From positions 123,934-187,933 of the forward strand of contig CAVQIT010000002.1 in NCBI GenBank assembly GCA_963712655.1: a stretch of 64,000 nt of DNA, read 5' to 3'. Positions 43,323 to 52,415 of the stretch are shown here, piece by piece. Position 1 is the stretch's first letter. The number at the start of each line of letters is the position of its first letter. This DNA comes from an uncultured beta proteobacterium (GTDB lineage: Bacteria; Pseudomonadota; Gammaproteobacteria; Burkholderiales; Burkholderiaceae_B). Below the pieces are notes generated by a model that saw only the letters and a program-made list of their open reading frames with translations, had not been told where the DNA came from and ran no database searches. Both the position numbers and the translations under genes were made by a program.

Positions 43323-44111
43323 ATGCTGTTGTTACTGTCGCCGGCAAAAAAGCTGGATTACGATTCTTCGGTGCGGACCGCGCTTCATACGCAGCCTTTG
43401 TTCATTGAGCAGGCCAGCGAATTGATCAGGGTGTTGAAGAAGAAGTCGGTATCGGAAATCGCCGATTTGATGAAACTTAGCGATGCCTTGGCCAAGTTGA
43501 ATGTCGAACGCTATGCGGCCTGGAAGCCTGTGTTCGACCAAGTCAATTCGCGCCAGGCGGTGCTGGCGTTCAACGGGGATGTGTACGAAGGGCTGGACGC
43601 ATCCGGCTTGTCGGATGCCAAGTTGAAGTGGGCGCAAGACCATGTGGCTCTGCTTAGTGGCTTGTATGGCGTGCTCAGGCCTTTGGACTTGATGCAGCCT
43701 TACCGCCTTGAAATGGGCACGCGCTTGGCCACCCGCAAGGCTGCGACGCTGTACGATTTCTGGAAGCCGGTGATTGCGCAGTACCTGAATAGCCGCCTGG
43801 CCGAATTGGCCGGAAGCAAAACCAGGCCGGGCGAGCCAGTGGTGCTGAACCTGGCTTCGGAAGAATATTTCAAGTCGGTTGACCTGAAAGCCCTGAACGC
43901 CAGGGTCGTGCAGTGCGTGTTCCAGGATTTCAAGAATGACGCCTGGAAAGTCATCAGCTTTCATGCCAAACGGGCGCGGGGCCTGATGGCTCGCCATGTA
44001 ATTGACAACAAGATCAATGATCCGGCCAAGCTGCATGGCTTCGACAGCGAGGGCTATGCCTTCGATGCCGCGGTTTCCACTCCGGAAAAGCTGGTGTTCC
44101 GGCGCAAGTAG
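43323..44111 (+). CDS. yaaA: Peroxide stress protein YaaA
   Basis: LSPAKKL, FNGDVY.GL, LSGLYG.LRPLD.MQPYRLEMG, NLASEEY, AKRARG. Confidence 0.93.
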   Translation: MLLLLSPAKKLDYDSSVRTALHTQPLFIEQASELIRVLKKKSVSEIADLMKLSDALAKLNVERYAAWKPVFDQVNSRQAVLAFNGDVYEGLDASGLSDAKLKWAQDHVALLSGLYGVLRPLDLMQPYRLEMGTRLATRKAATLYDFWKPVIAQYLNSRLAELAGSKTRPGEPVVLNLASEEYFKSVDLKALNARVVQCVFQDFKNDAWKVISFHAKRARGLMARHVIDNKINDPAKLHGFDSEGYAFDAAVSTPEKLVFRRK

Positions 44112-44141
44112 GCGCCGGGGCGGCCGGTGTCGGCAAGCTGC

Positions 44142-46358
44142 TCAGGCGGCTTGCACACCGCGCATTTCCTGGCGTATCAGTTGCGCGGCCTTGACCATTT
44201 GCCGCAAGGGATAGGCCAGGGTCGCCAGTTCGCCTTCCGTTTCAATCGACGCTGGCGGGCTGGCGTCGTTGCCATCCAGGTATTCGCCTATTGCATCCAG
44301 CGACTTCTGTATTCCTTCGGGCACGGCCGGCAGGCTGGCCAGAATAGGGATGGCGGAACTGATTTGCGACGCCATTACGTGGTACTGGATCATCAGGTTA
44401 TTCAGTTCGGGCACATTGTTCTGGCGCTTGATGGGTTCATCCATCATGCGGTAGAACGCCGACGCGAAATTGGCGAATGCTATGTACACGTTTTTGCGGG
44501 CCAGCCGCCAGCGTACTTCCGCTTCGTGCTGTTCGCCATCCAGCGCATCGGTATCGGCCCCGGGTGTTGCCGCGGCCTGGGCGGCGGCTGTTTGCGCGCG
44601 CGTCAAGGCGGCGTAATCCAAGCCTGTCTTGAGCAGTTCGCTATTGGCCTTCTTGACCGCGTTGGCCAGGGACGCCATGAAACTATGTTCCCACCAGGGC
44701 AGGATGTAGCTGCAAAGCAGGGCAATGCCGCAGCCTATAAAGGTATCGACCAGGCGCTCGCCGATCACGATATTGGTGGTGGGCGATAGAAAATGAAAGA
44801 CCAGCAGCACGAAAACCGTATTGGAAATAGCCGCGATCATGTAGTTCACCTGCACCAGGCTATAGCCCAGCACGCAGCTTATTACCAGCGCGCCGAAATA
44901 GATGTTCGGATTATGGGTGACATTAAAGAGTATCAGGGCCAGCCCGCAGCCGATAAGGGTGCCGACCAGCCGCCAGCCATTGCGCTGCCGGGTCAGGGCA
45001 AAGCCTGGTTTCATGATGACAAGTATGGTCAGGACTATCCAGTATCCATGCATGCCCGCGCCGGGCATTATATGTTCCAGGCCGGTGTTGGCGATTATTG
45101 CGGTAACCGTCATGGCGGCCAGCGTGGCGATCGCCACGCGCACCGAGTATCGAAAGTGCGGGGAATCGCGCCGCAGATTGCTGGTCAACATGCCGATACG
45201 CCAGGTCTGGCGCGACAGGAATCGATCCAGCGCCTTGTCCAGCCGCTTGTCGATCAGTTCGGCGCTTGCCGCTGGATTGCGTGTGTGCTCGGCCATGCGA
45301 TCCACCAGCCGCGTGGCATTGCGCAGGCGGCGCAGCACTTGCACCAGCAGGGCATAGACTTCCGGGTCGTTGTCGGCCAAGCCGGCCTGGCGGTATTTTT
45401 CGAGTTCGTATTCGATCGCCCGTAGCTCCGCCTTGACGGTGTTGCGCTCTTTGACGCTGCGGTTGCGGGCAATATTCAAGGCAATGTGCGAGACGTTCAC
45501 GCCTAATTTGTGCAAGGCATCGCGCGCAAAGATCATGACATCGCTGTCGGGCACGCTGCGCCGCAGGGTGGCGTAATCGGTATGGGTCGCCACCAGGCTA
45601 TCGAGCAGCGCCACCATATCGATGAAAACGTTGAGCGCCGCGGTCCGCAGCCGGTCACTGCGCCGATGGCCCCTGGGCAGTTCGCGCAAGACCGTATCGC
45701 GCGCCGCCTGGTGTTTCTCGGTCATGGCCGATTGAGCGTGGATAAGCTTGCGGTAGCTGGCGTCCAGATCGGCGTTGACGTCGTAAAACTGTGATCGGGC
45801 GAAGATGTAATCCGCCGTGGCGAACAGGGCGACCGACAGCGCCTGCTGTTCTTCGCGATGCCATAGCAGACGGTGGGCCGCGAAACTGAACACAAAATAG
45901 AAGACGCCGCCCATGAACGAGTAAACCGTGTGCATCAGCACTTGGTGAGGGTCCAGGGGCGTGCGCATGGTCAGCGTCATGAGCAGCAGGCACGCAAAGC
46001 CCAGCAGGCCGCCTTGCTTGCCGAAGACGGTAAACATCGAGAAGATGAAGCACAAGGCGGGCACCACCAGCCAGATCAAGACATCGTGCGATGAAGCCAG
46101 TCCGGTTATCGCCGCTGTTATCGAACCCAGGAATATGGCGCCCAGCATGCCGTTGGTGCCATAGCGCCTGGGCCCCCCTGGCTGATCGATGATTGCCACG
46201 CAGGCCGCACCGATGGCGGCAATCATGCCTACGCTGTACAGCTGGAAAATGCCGCCCAGCAGCAAGGCCGGCAACAGTACGCCCACCGATTGGCGCAAGC
46301 CGCCAAAAAAGTAATGGCTGTAGATGAAACGCTCAAGCTGCGGGATACCAGAAGCCAT
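44142..46358 (-). CDS. FUSC/YccS-YhfK family membrane protein
   Basis: Two hydrophobic blocks, HGYWIVLT...MKPGF..T..R..GT.IG, ERLVDT. Confidence 0.88.
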   Translation of the reverse strand: MASGIPQLERFIYSHYFFGGLRQSVGVLLPALLLGGIFQLYSVGMIAAIGAACVAIIDQPGGPRRYGTNGMLGAIFLGSITAAITGLASSHDVLIWLVVPALCFIFSMFTVFGKQGGLLGFACLLLMTLTMRTPLDPHQVLMHTVYSFMGGVFYFVFSFAAHRLLWHREEQQALSVALFATADYIFARSQFYDVNADLDASYRKLIHAQSAMTEKHQAARDTVLRELPRGHRRSDRLRTAALNVFIDMVALLDSLVATHTDYATLRRSVPDSDVMIFARDALHKLGVNVSHIALNIARNRSVKERNTVKAELRAIEYELEKYRQAGLADNDPEVYALLVQVLRRLRNATRLVDRMAEHTRNPAASAELIDKRLDKALDRFLSRQTWRIGMLTSNLRRDSPHFRYSVRVAIATLAAMTVTAIIANTGLEHIMPGAGMHGYWIVLTILVIMKPGFALTRQRNGWRLVGTLIGCGLALILFNVTHNPNIYFGALVISCVLGYSLVQVNYMIAAISNTVFVLLVFHFLSPTTNIVIGERLVDTFIGCGIALLCSYILPWWEHSFMASLANAVKKANSELLKTGLDYAALTRAQTAAAQAAATPGADTDALDGEQHEAEVRWRLARKNVYIAFANFASAFYRMMDEPIKRQNNVPELNNLMIQYHVMASQISSAIPILASLPAVPEGIQKSLDAIGEYLDGNDASPPASIETEGELATLAYPLRQMVKAAQLIRQEMRGVQAA

Positions 46359-46428
46359 GCGCATAACCGCGGTGGTGGAAGATGCCGCTAGTATAGAGGA
46401 GAGTACCCTGGCCGTCGCGGCCGGCGGG

Positions 46429-47385
46429 CTATGCCGGAATGGCCGCGCTGTCGTTGGGCGGTTTTGGCGTTGAACCAAGCGATTTCTCGATGGCGCGGTG
46501 TACTTCCGGAGATAAGAATTCGATCAGTTTCAAGGCATGTTCGCTTGGCGTGTTGTCGCTGCGTATCGTTACGTAGGCCATGTTTTCCTGGAACAGATGC
46601 GCGACGTCGATGGCGCGCAGGCCGGTGTCGTATTCCGGGTTGAACGCGGTATTGCTGACGATGCCCACACCCAGGCCCGATAAGACGTAGGTCTTGACGA
46701 TCTCGGTATCCGTGGCGCTTAGCACGACATTTACATGCAGGCCTTTATCTTCGAATGAGCGTGATATGCGCGTGCGGGCGGGAAAGCCCCTGTCGTAAGT
46801 GATCAGCGGATATTTCACGATATCGGCCAGGGTGATTTTCTTGAGTTTCAGCAAAGGATGATCCGGCAAGGTGATAACCACCCGGCGCATGGGATAGCAC
46901 GGGAAGAAACGCAAGCCGGGGTGGCTTTGGTTATAGATGGTCGAGATCGAAAAATCTATTTCGCCGGACTCGACCCATTCGAGCACTTGTTGATGCACGC
47001 CTTGCCGGATGCGCAACATGACATTGGGGTAGAGCTGGACGAATTTCCCGATGGCGCCAGGCAATGAATACCTGGCATGGGTGTTGCCGGTTCCCACCGT
47101 CAACACGCCTGTGGCGCCATCGGCAAGCTCGCGGGCGACAACCTCCAGATCGTCGATCGCGTCCAGGGCTCTTGTGATGATGGGAAGCAGCAGTTTCCCC
47201 TGTTCAGTCAGGCCTGTGAAACGTCCTTTATCGCGAAGCAGCAAAGGAAGATCCAGGCGCTCCTCGAGCAAGTGCAAATGGCGGGTAAGCGCAGGCTGCG
47301 ACAAGTTCAGGCTTTGCGCGGCCCGGGTCAGATTGAGTTCCTGGCGCAGGATTTCTCTGATGCCCTTTAATTGCTGCAATTTCAT
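46429..47385 (-). CDS. CysB/Cbl-like LysR regulator
   Basis: MKLQQL..LNLT.AA..L..SQP, T..THARYSLP, YPLITYD.GF..R..I, VVLSATD...VKTYV..GLGVGI. Confidence 0.85.
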   Translation of the reverse strand: MKLQQLKGIREILRQELNLTRAAQSLNLSQPALTRHLHLLEERLDLPLLLRDKGRFTGLTEQGKLLLPIITRALDAIDDLEVVARELADGATGVLTVGTGNTHARYSLPGAIGKFVQLYPNVMLRIRQGVHQQVLEWVESGEIDFSISTIYNQSHPGLRFFPCYPMRRVVITLPDHPLLKLKKITLADIVKYPLITYDRGFPARTRISRSFEDKGLHVNVVLSATDTEIVKTYVLSGLGVGIVSNTAFNPEYDTGLRAIDVAHLFQENMAYVTIRSDNTPSEHALKLIEFLSPEVHRAIEKSLGSTPKPPNDSAAIPA

Positions 47386-47442
47386 CGCCGTTCCTTTTGA
47401 ACAAGAGCCGGGGGTATGAATAGCCGGGTGTATGAGTAATCA

Positions 47443-47483
47443 ATCAGCTTAGTTGATCGAACTATCAAACTATATCATTTGAT
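47443..47483. promoter_or_regulatory. Putative LysR binding sites
   Basis: ATC-N9-GAT (T-N11-A) at 47443-47457 and ATCAAA-N8-TTTGAT at 47464-47483 in the AT-rich divergent intergenic region. Confidence 0.55.
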
Positions 47484-47620
47484 TTGATCGATTCATGTTC
47501 TTACCATTGCTCTATGACGCCACGGCACGCATTGTTGCGGCGTCGGCATTGCCGTATCGGCAATGGCGGCTACCGCAATTGGGCGGTAGTTCAGCTTCTT
47601 CCCAAATAGGAAAAGTAATA

Positions 47621-48547
47621 ATGAGCAACCCATCTTTCAGCGAGTTCGTGGGCATCAATCTTCATGAGCGAGAAAAAAAACCGCGTCGAATCGGCGTCAA
47701 TATGATCATCGACACTGGTTACTCGCTGCCTGTGGTGGCAGGGGTGCTGGAGCAGTACGGCCATCTTGTGGACATTGTCAAGCTAACGGAATTGCATCTG
47801 ACTGCGCCGGTTGCCGTGATTCGCGAAAAAATCAGGCGCTACCGGGATGCGGGCGTCAGTGTCCAGCCGGGCGGTATCGTGGTGGAATTGGCGCGCTTGC
47901 AGGGCAACGAGCTGAATGTCCTGGCCAAGCTGAAAGACATGGGGTTTGACGCGATCGAGGTATCCAGCAGTTCGACCACGCAGCGCGAGCGGGATACCGA
48001 AGCTGAGTTTGTGCAAAACGTGCGCAAATCGGGCTTTACCGTATTTGGCGAAGTCGGCAAGAAATTCCCTACGGATGACAAGACACGGCGTTCGGACACC
48101 GAGCTGGATGTTGGCGAAACCATTGCGCAGGTGCGAGCCCTGCTCGATGGGGGGGCGCTGAAGGTTTATTGGGAGGGCCATGTCTTGCGTCGCATTATGG
48201 GCGATAACGCATCCGACATTCTCAGCCGCCATCCGCAGGCGACGCAGCAGGTCCAGGAAGTGGTGAAGGCCATCGGACAGGACAAGCTGATTTTCGAAGT
48301 GTCCAGCATGATTCCATATATCCACCGCCGCGCCCAGCAATTCTGGATGGTGCGTAATTTCGGGCCCGATGTAAACATCGGCAACATACGCCTGGAAGAA
48401 GTTCAATTCATGGAGCACATCCGCCTTGGCACATGGCCCGTCTTTGGCTTTGGCCCTATCGGCGACCATCCTTACATGCATTCGCTGGAAACGAATGGCG
48501 GCGTACCCACCGCCACATGGTGGACGGACATTCCCATAGCCAAATAA
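47621..48547 (+). CDS. Divergent ComA-family ((2R)-phospho-3-sulfolactate synthase-like) protein
   Basis: R.KKPR..G.NMIID.G, VDIVK, REKI..YRDAGV.V.PGG..VE, MGFDAIEVS, GEVGKK, LIFE, FGPDVNIGNI, EHIRLG. Confidence 0.75.
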   Translation: MSNPSFSEFVGINLHEREKKPRRIGVNMIIDTGYSLPVVAGVLEQYGHLVDIVKLTELHLTAPVAVIREKIRRYRDAGVSVQPGGIVVELARLQGNELNVLAKLKDMGFDAIEVSSSSTTQRERDTEAEFVQNVRKSGFTVFGEVGKKFPTDDKTRRSDTELDVGETIAQVRALLDGGALKVYWEGHVLRRIMGDNASDILSRHPQATQQVQEVVKAIGQDKLIFEVSSMIPYIHRRAQQFWMVRNFGPDVNIGNIRLEEVQFMEHIRLGTWPVFGFGPIGDHPYMHSLETNGGVPTATWWTDIPIAK

Positions 48548-48786
48548 GCCGGCGGGGTCGCAGGAGGCTAGCTTTCCGCATGTTCGGGGGCGTCGCCGCA
48601 GTGCATTGATATACATCGACTCTTGGCGCTTCAGCTTGCTGGAAAACCTGTCGTTTCCGCCGCGGTTCGGATTGCGCAAGCATCGCCTGCGAATCCGAGC
48701 CGCGGCGGAAACCAAAATGGAGCTTTTCCGGCAAGCGCCCATGCTTGGCATTTTTATAAATGAGTTCAACTCAAAAGGAGACATCC

Positions 48787-49767
48787 ATGCATAATCCATT
48801 TTCTCTGCTGGCGGCAAGCTTGGTAAGCCTGGCCGCTCTGTCGGGCGCAAACGCGCAAGCGGCTGCCGGCTATCCCGACAAGCCTATACATATCATTGTC
48901 CCGACCACCACCGGCGGTGCCGCCGATACCTTGACTCGCTTGATTGCGAACAAGCTTTCCTTATCGATGAACGTTTCGGTTGTTGTAGAGACCAAGCCTG
49001 GCGCCGGCAATATCATCGGCAGCAATTATGTGGCGAATGCCGCAGCGGATGGCTATACCTTGCTGATGACATATACGGATCACGTATTCAATCCGTTCCT
49101 GCATTCATCGATGCCTTATGACACCAGGAAGGCCTTTACACCCGTTACGCAGATCGGTTCGGTGCCTATGGTGCTGGTCGTAAATCCTCGTGTGAAAGCC
49201 AAGACAGTGGCTGAATTGATTGCATTGGCAAAGGCCGAACCGGGAACGCTCAATTACGCGTCCGCCGGCAATGGCACTTCCCTGCATTTGGCGGGCGTGC
49301 TGTTCACGTCGATGGCAAAGATAGACGTCATGCATATTCCCTACAAAGGAACGTCGCCCGGCATGGTGGATCTGCTTGGCGGACGTGTGCAGTTCATGTT
49401 TCCTACCTTGGTCTCGGTGGCGTCGGCGATCAAGGACCACAGCGTCAGGCCGCTGGCGGTGGCCAGTGCGCACAGGGTACCCAGCATGCCGGACTTGCCA
49501 ACAGTTGCCGAAGCGGCAAATCTACCCGGTTATGAGGCGAGCATCTGGTACGCCGTCCTGGCGCCCGCCGGTACGCCGAAACCGATCGTCGCCAAGCTGA
49601 ATGCTGAATTCCGCAAGGTCCTGGCCGATCCCGAACTGCATACGCAGATCGAAAATCAGGGCTTTACCATTGCTCCGAGCACGCCGGAGGAACTTGGAAA
49701 AAAAATCGATGCGGAGCTTGATCGATGGGGCAAGGTGATACGCCAGAACAATATCAAGCTGGATTGA
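48787..49767 (+). CDS. Bug/TctC substrate-binding protein
   Basis: Signal peptide, YPDKPIHIIVP...GGAAD, YASAGNG, HIPYKG. Confidence 0.92.
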   Translation: MHNPFSLLAASLVSLAALSGANAQAAAGYPDKPIHIIVPTTTGGAADTLTRLIANKLSLSMNVSVVVETKPGAGNIIGSNYVANAAADGYTLLMTYTDHVFNPFLHSSMPYDTRKAFTPVTQIGSVPMVLVVNPRVKAKTVAELIALAKAEPGTLNYASAGNGTSLHLAGVLFTSMAKIDVMHIPYKGTSPGMVDLLGGRVQFMFPTLVSVASAIKDHSVRPLAVASAHRVPSMPDLPTVAEAANLPGYEASIWYAVLAPAGTPKPIVAKLNAEFRKVLADPELHTQIENQGFTIAPSTPEELGKKIDAELDRWGKVIRQNNIKLD

Positions 49768-49822
49768 AATCACGAGAGCAGGGAAATAGAGAAACCGCTT
49801 TCAACTTACCGGAATCAATAAC

Positions 49823-51211
49823 ATGAAAGTTAGTTTGACAGACTCGTTGGCAAGCTTTGTGCGCGAACTGCGCTATGAAGATATTCCCGCGCAAGGAGTG
49901 GAGCGCGCCCGCACGGCCATAATCGATTGCATCGGCTGCATTCTTGCAGGCTCGGTGGAGCCTCCGGCAAGAATTGTTTCGTCGTGGATTTTGCAAGAAG
50001 GAGGCGCGCCCAAGGCAACGCTTATCGGCCAAGGGTACCGCAGTTCCGCGGCCGCCGCGGCGCTTGCCAACGGCACGGCGGGCCATGCGCTGGACTATGA
50101 CGATGTAAGCCCGCCCATGATAGGGCATCCCAGCGTACCCCTGGTGCCTGCCTTGCTGGCAGCGGCGGAGGTCGTCGGTGCCAACGGCGCGCAGGTCGTG
50201 GCGGCCTACGTGATAGGGCTTGACGTCGAGGCCCGGTTGGGGCGCCTGATGAACCCGGAGCACTATGCATACGGTTGGCACGCAACCTCGACGCTCGGCG
50301 CCCTGGCTGCGGCGGCGGGTGTGGCGCGGCTCTTGAAACTTAACGATGAGCAGACGCGGCATGCGCTTGGAATAGCCGCGTCGGGCGCCGGCGGCTTGCG
50401 CAAGAATTTTGGTTCCATGGTCAAGCCGCTGCATGCGGGGCAGGCGGCGCAAAGAGGCCTGGCCGCGGCATTCCTGGCTCTCGAAGGATTCGATGCCGAT
50501 CCCGCCATCCTGGATGGCCAGCATGGTTTTCTCGACGTGTTCCGCGGACAGGCCGGACTTGCGCGCGATGCCTCGTCGATCCGCTTCGCGGTCGATCAGC
50601 CGCTTGAAATCATCGAAAGCGGTGTGGGGATCAAACAGTATGCTTGTTGCGGTTGCGTGCATACGGCGCTCGATATCGTGCGGGCCTTGATGAGAAAGCA
50701 TGGTTTCACGGCGGCGGACGTGCAGTACGTAACTTGCAACGTTAATGCGCTTGCCCCCGAAGTGCTGATCCATCATGATGCCCAGACGGGCCTGCAAGGG
50801 AAATTCAGCATGGAATACAGCATCGCAGTGACCCTGCTCGACGGCCAGGCGGGCCCGCGGCAATTCGAGGACGAGCGAGTACAGCGGGCCGATGTTCGCG
50901 ATTTGCAGCGCCGGGTTCAGATGAAGGCCGATCCAGACCTGCCGGTGCGGCACGGCGTTTTTCCAGCCAAACTCACCATAGGCTTGCACAACGGCGAGCA
51001 ATGGCATGGCGAAGCGCACAAAGCAATAGGCATGCATCCCAGCCTGCCGCTTTCGGACGAGGATATCGATGCCAAATTCCGTGCTTGCGCGGCTTACGCA
51101 CTGGATGCCCAAGACACCGAAAAAGCATTGGAGGCATTGCGCTCTCTCGAGAAATTGTCCAGTTTGAAGCCTGTCATGTCTTTGCTCGCGGGAAAAGGGA
51201 AAACGAAATGA
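49823..51211 (+). CDS. MmgE/PrpD-family protein
   Basis: ANGTAGHALDYDD, GHPS, GWHAT, KPLHAG, KQYACCGCVH, KFSMEY. Confidence 0.9.
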   Translation: MKVSLTDSLASFVRELRYEDIPAQGVERARTAIIDCIGCILAGSVEPPARIVSSWILQEGGAPKATLIGQGYRSSAAAAALANGTAGHALDYDDVSPPMIGHPSVPLVPALLAAAEVVGANGAQVVAAYVIGLDVEARLGRLMNPEHYAYGWHATSTLGALAAAAGVARLLKLNDEQTRHALGIAASGAGGLRKNFGSMVKPLHAGQAAQRGLAAAFLALEGFDADPAILDGQHGFLDVFRGQAGLARDASSIRFAVDQPLEIIESGVGIKQYACCGCVHTALDIVRALMRKHGFTAADVQYVTCNVNALAPEVLIHHDAQTGLQGKFSMEYSIAVTLLDGQAGPRQFEDERVQRADVRDLQRRVQMKADPDLPVRHGVFPAKLTIGLHNGEQWHGEAHKAIGMHPSLPLSDEDIDAKFRACAAYALDAQDTEKALEALRSLEKLSSLKPVMSLLAGKGKTK

Positions 51212-51978
51212 ACGCCGACACACTTAAACCATTGTCCGGCCGGGTCGCACTGGTTACCGGTTCGGGGCGGAACATTGGCGCCGCTATTGCAAAGTCCCTG
51301 GCCCAGGCGGGCGCTTGCGTTGCGGTTAATGGGCACCGCGATATTCAGGCCCTGGAAAATATGGTGCAGGTACTCCGGCAACAAGGCGTGAATGCCTGTT
51401 CGGTCACAGGCGATGTCGGCAATTCGTCGGATATTGATCGCATGGTCGGCGAAGTGGAAAAGGCGTTGGGGCCTGTGGATATCGTGGTGTCCAACGCGGC
51501 TGTGCGTCCCATGAGCGCTTTGCTCGATATCACCGACGACGATTGGGACAAGGTGATTCGGACCAATCTCAGCGCGCCTTTTTACTTGGCGCGGCGCACC
51601 CTTCCGGCAATGATGCAAGGGAAATGGGGCCGCTTCATCCATATTTCCGGTCTGGATGGCTTTACCGGACACATGCCATTGCGCGCCCATAATGTGACCT
51701 GCAAGGCCGGCGTCGTGGCGCTTGCGAAAGCGATCGCCCGCGAGTTCGGCGACTACGGTATTACGGCCAACACCGTCGCGCCGGGCGCCATCGACACCGA
51801 AAGGGATTGGAGCCAGTATGTTCACTACGACCCGAAAGCCGTGGTCAAGGACATCCCTGTGGCCCGCTTGGGAACCGTCGATGATATTGCCGCCGCATGT
51901 GTCTATCTGTGTACCGATGCGGCGGGATTCGTTTCGGGACAGACTCTGCATTTAAACGGCGGGCAATACATGTTCTAG
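51208..51978 (+). CDS. Short-chain dehydrogenase/reductase
   Basis: TGSGRNIG, SNAAVRP, NVTCK in place of YxxxK, APGAIDT, GQTLHLNGG. Confidence 0.85.
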   Translation: MNADTLKPLSGRVALVTGSGRNIGAAIAKSLAQAGACVAVNGHRDIQALENMVQVLRQQGVNACSVTGDVGNSSDIDRMVGEVEKALGPVDIVVSNAAVRPMSALLDITDDDWDKVIRTNLSAPFYLARRTLPAMMQGKWGRFIHISGLDGFTGHMPLRAHNVTCKAGVVALAKAIAREFGDYGITANTVAPGAIDTERDWSQYVHYDPKAVVKDIPVARLGTVDDIAAACVYLCTDAAGFVSGQTLHLNGGQYMF

Positions 51979-52242
51979 GGCCTGTTGACGCTACATCCCC
52001 GCCCGCGCCGGTGTCATATCGGGCGCAGGGCTGTGTTGCGGATTCGTTGCGTACGCTCGGTACGCCGCCTCACCCGCGCCTTGCCCTGCGCCCGATATGA
52101 CACCGGCCCTACGGGTGATCGGGTCAACGCCGCGCTGGCAAGGCCCGAAGCGCAGGCGTAGCCGCCGCTACGGCGAGAATACGCAACGCGGCCAGCGCGG
52201 CGTTGACCCGTCACGCGGGCGGGGATGTAGCGTCAACAGGCC
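51979..52242. mobile_element. MITE-like element, copy C (264 bp, two internal hairpin modules)
   Basis: Perfect 29-bp TIRs, CTAG on both flanks, internal 24-bp and 20-bp inverted repeats. Confidence 0.85.
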
Positions 52243-52341
52243 CTAGCGGCATAGAGCAAAAGCGCGTGCTGCTGACAAACATAGCCGCAATAGCCAAACC
52301 GAGGTTTAGCCAGCATGGGCAATGCGATCATTCCATTGAAA

Positions 52342-52395
52342 ATAGAGCAATCGCTCTATAAAATCGTTGACTTTATAGAGCGACCGTTCTATGAT
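52342..52395 (+). promoter_or_regulatory. Sigma70 promoter with two palindromic operators
   Basis: TTGACT(52367)-17 nt-TATGAT(52390); operators atagagcaatcgctctat 52342-52359 and atagagcgaccgttctat 52375-52392. Confidence 0.8.
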
Positions 52396-52415
52396 TTTTT
52401 CAGCGGGGGAGAACT

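Noticed and set aside
47621-51978. Coenzyme M biosynthesis or methylcitrate cycle operon
   Set aside because: No comB-E/xcbC-E or prpB/prpC neighbours; ComA motifs diverge
51979-52242. Repeats as a CRISPR array or small coding genes (ORFs 51897-52100, 52014-52214, 34518-34907, 19404-19598)
   Set aside because: No repeat-spacer periodicity and no cas genes; the ORFs are translations of the repeat element
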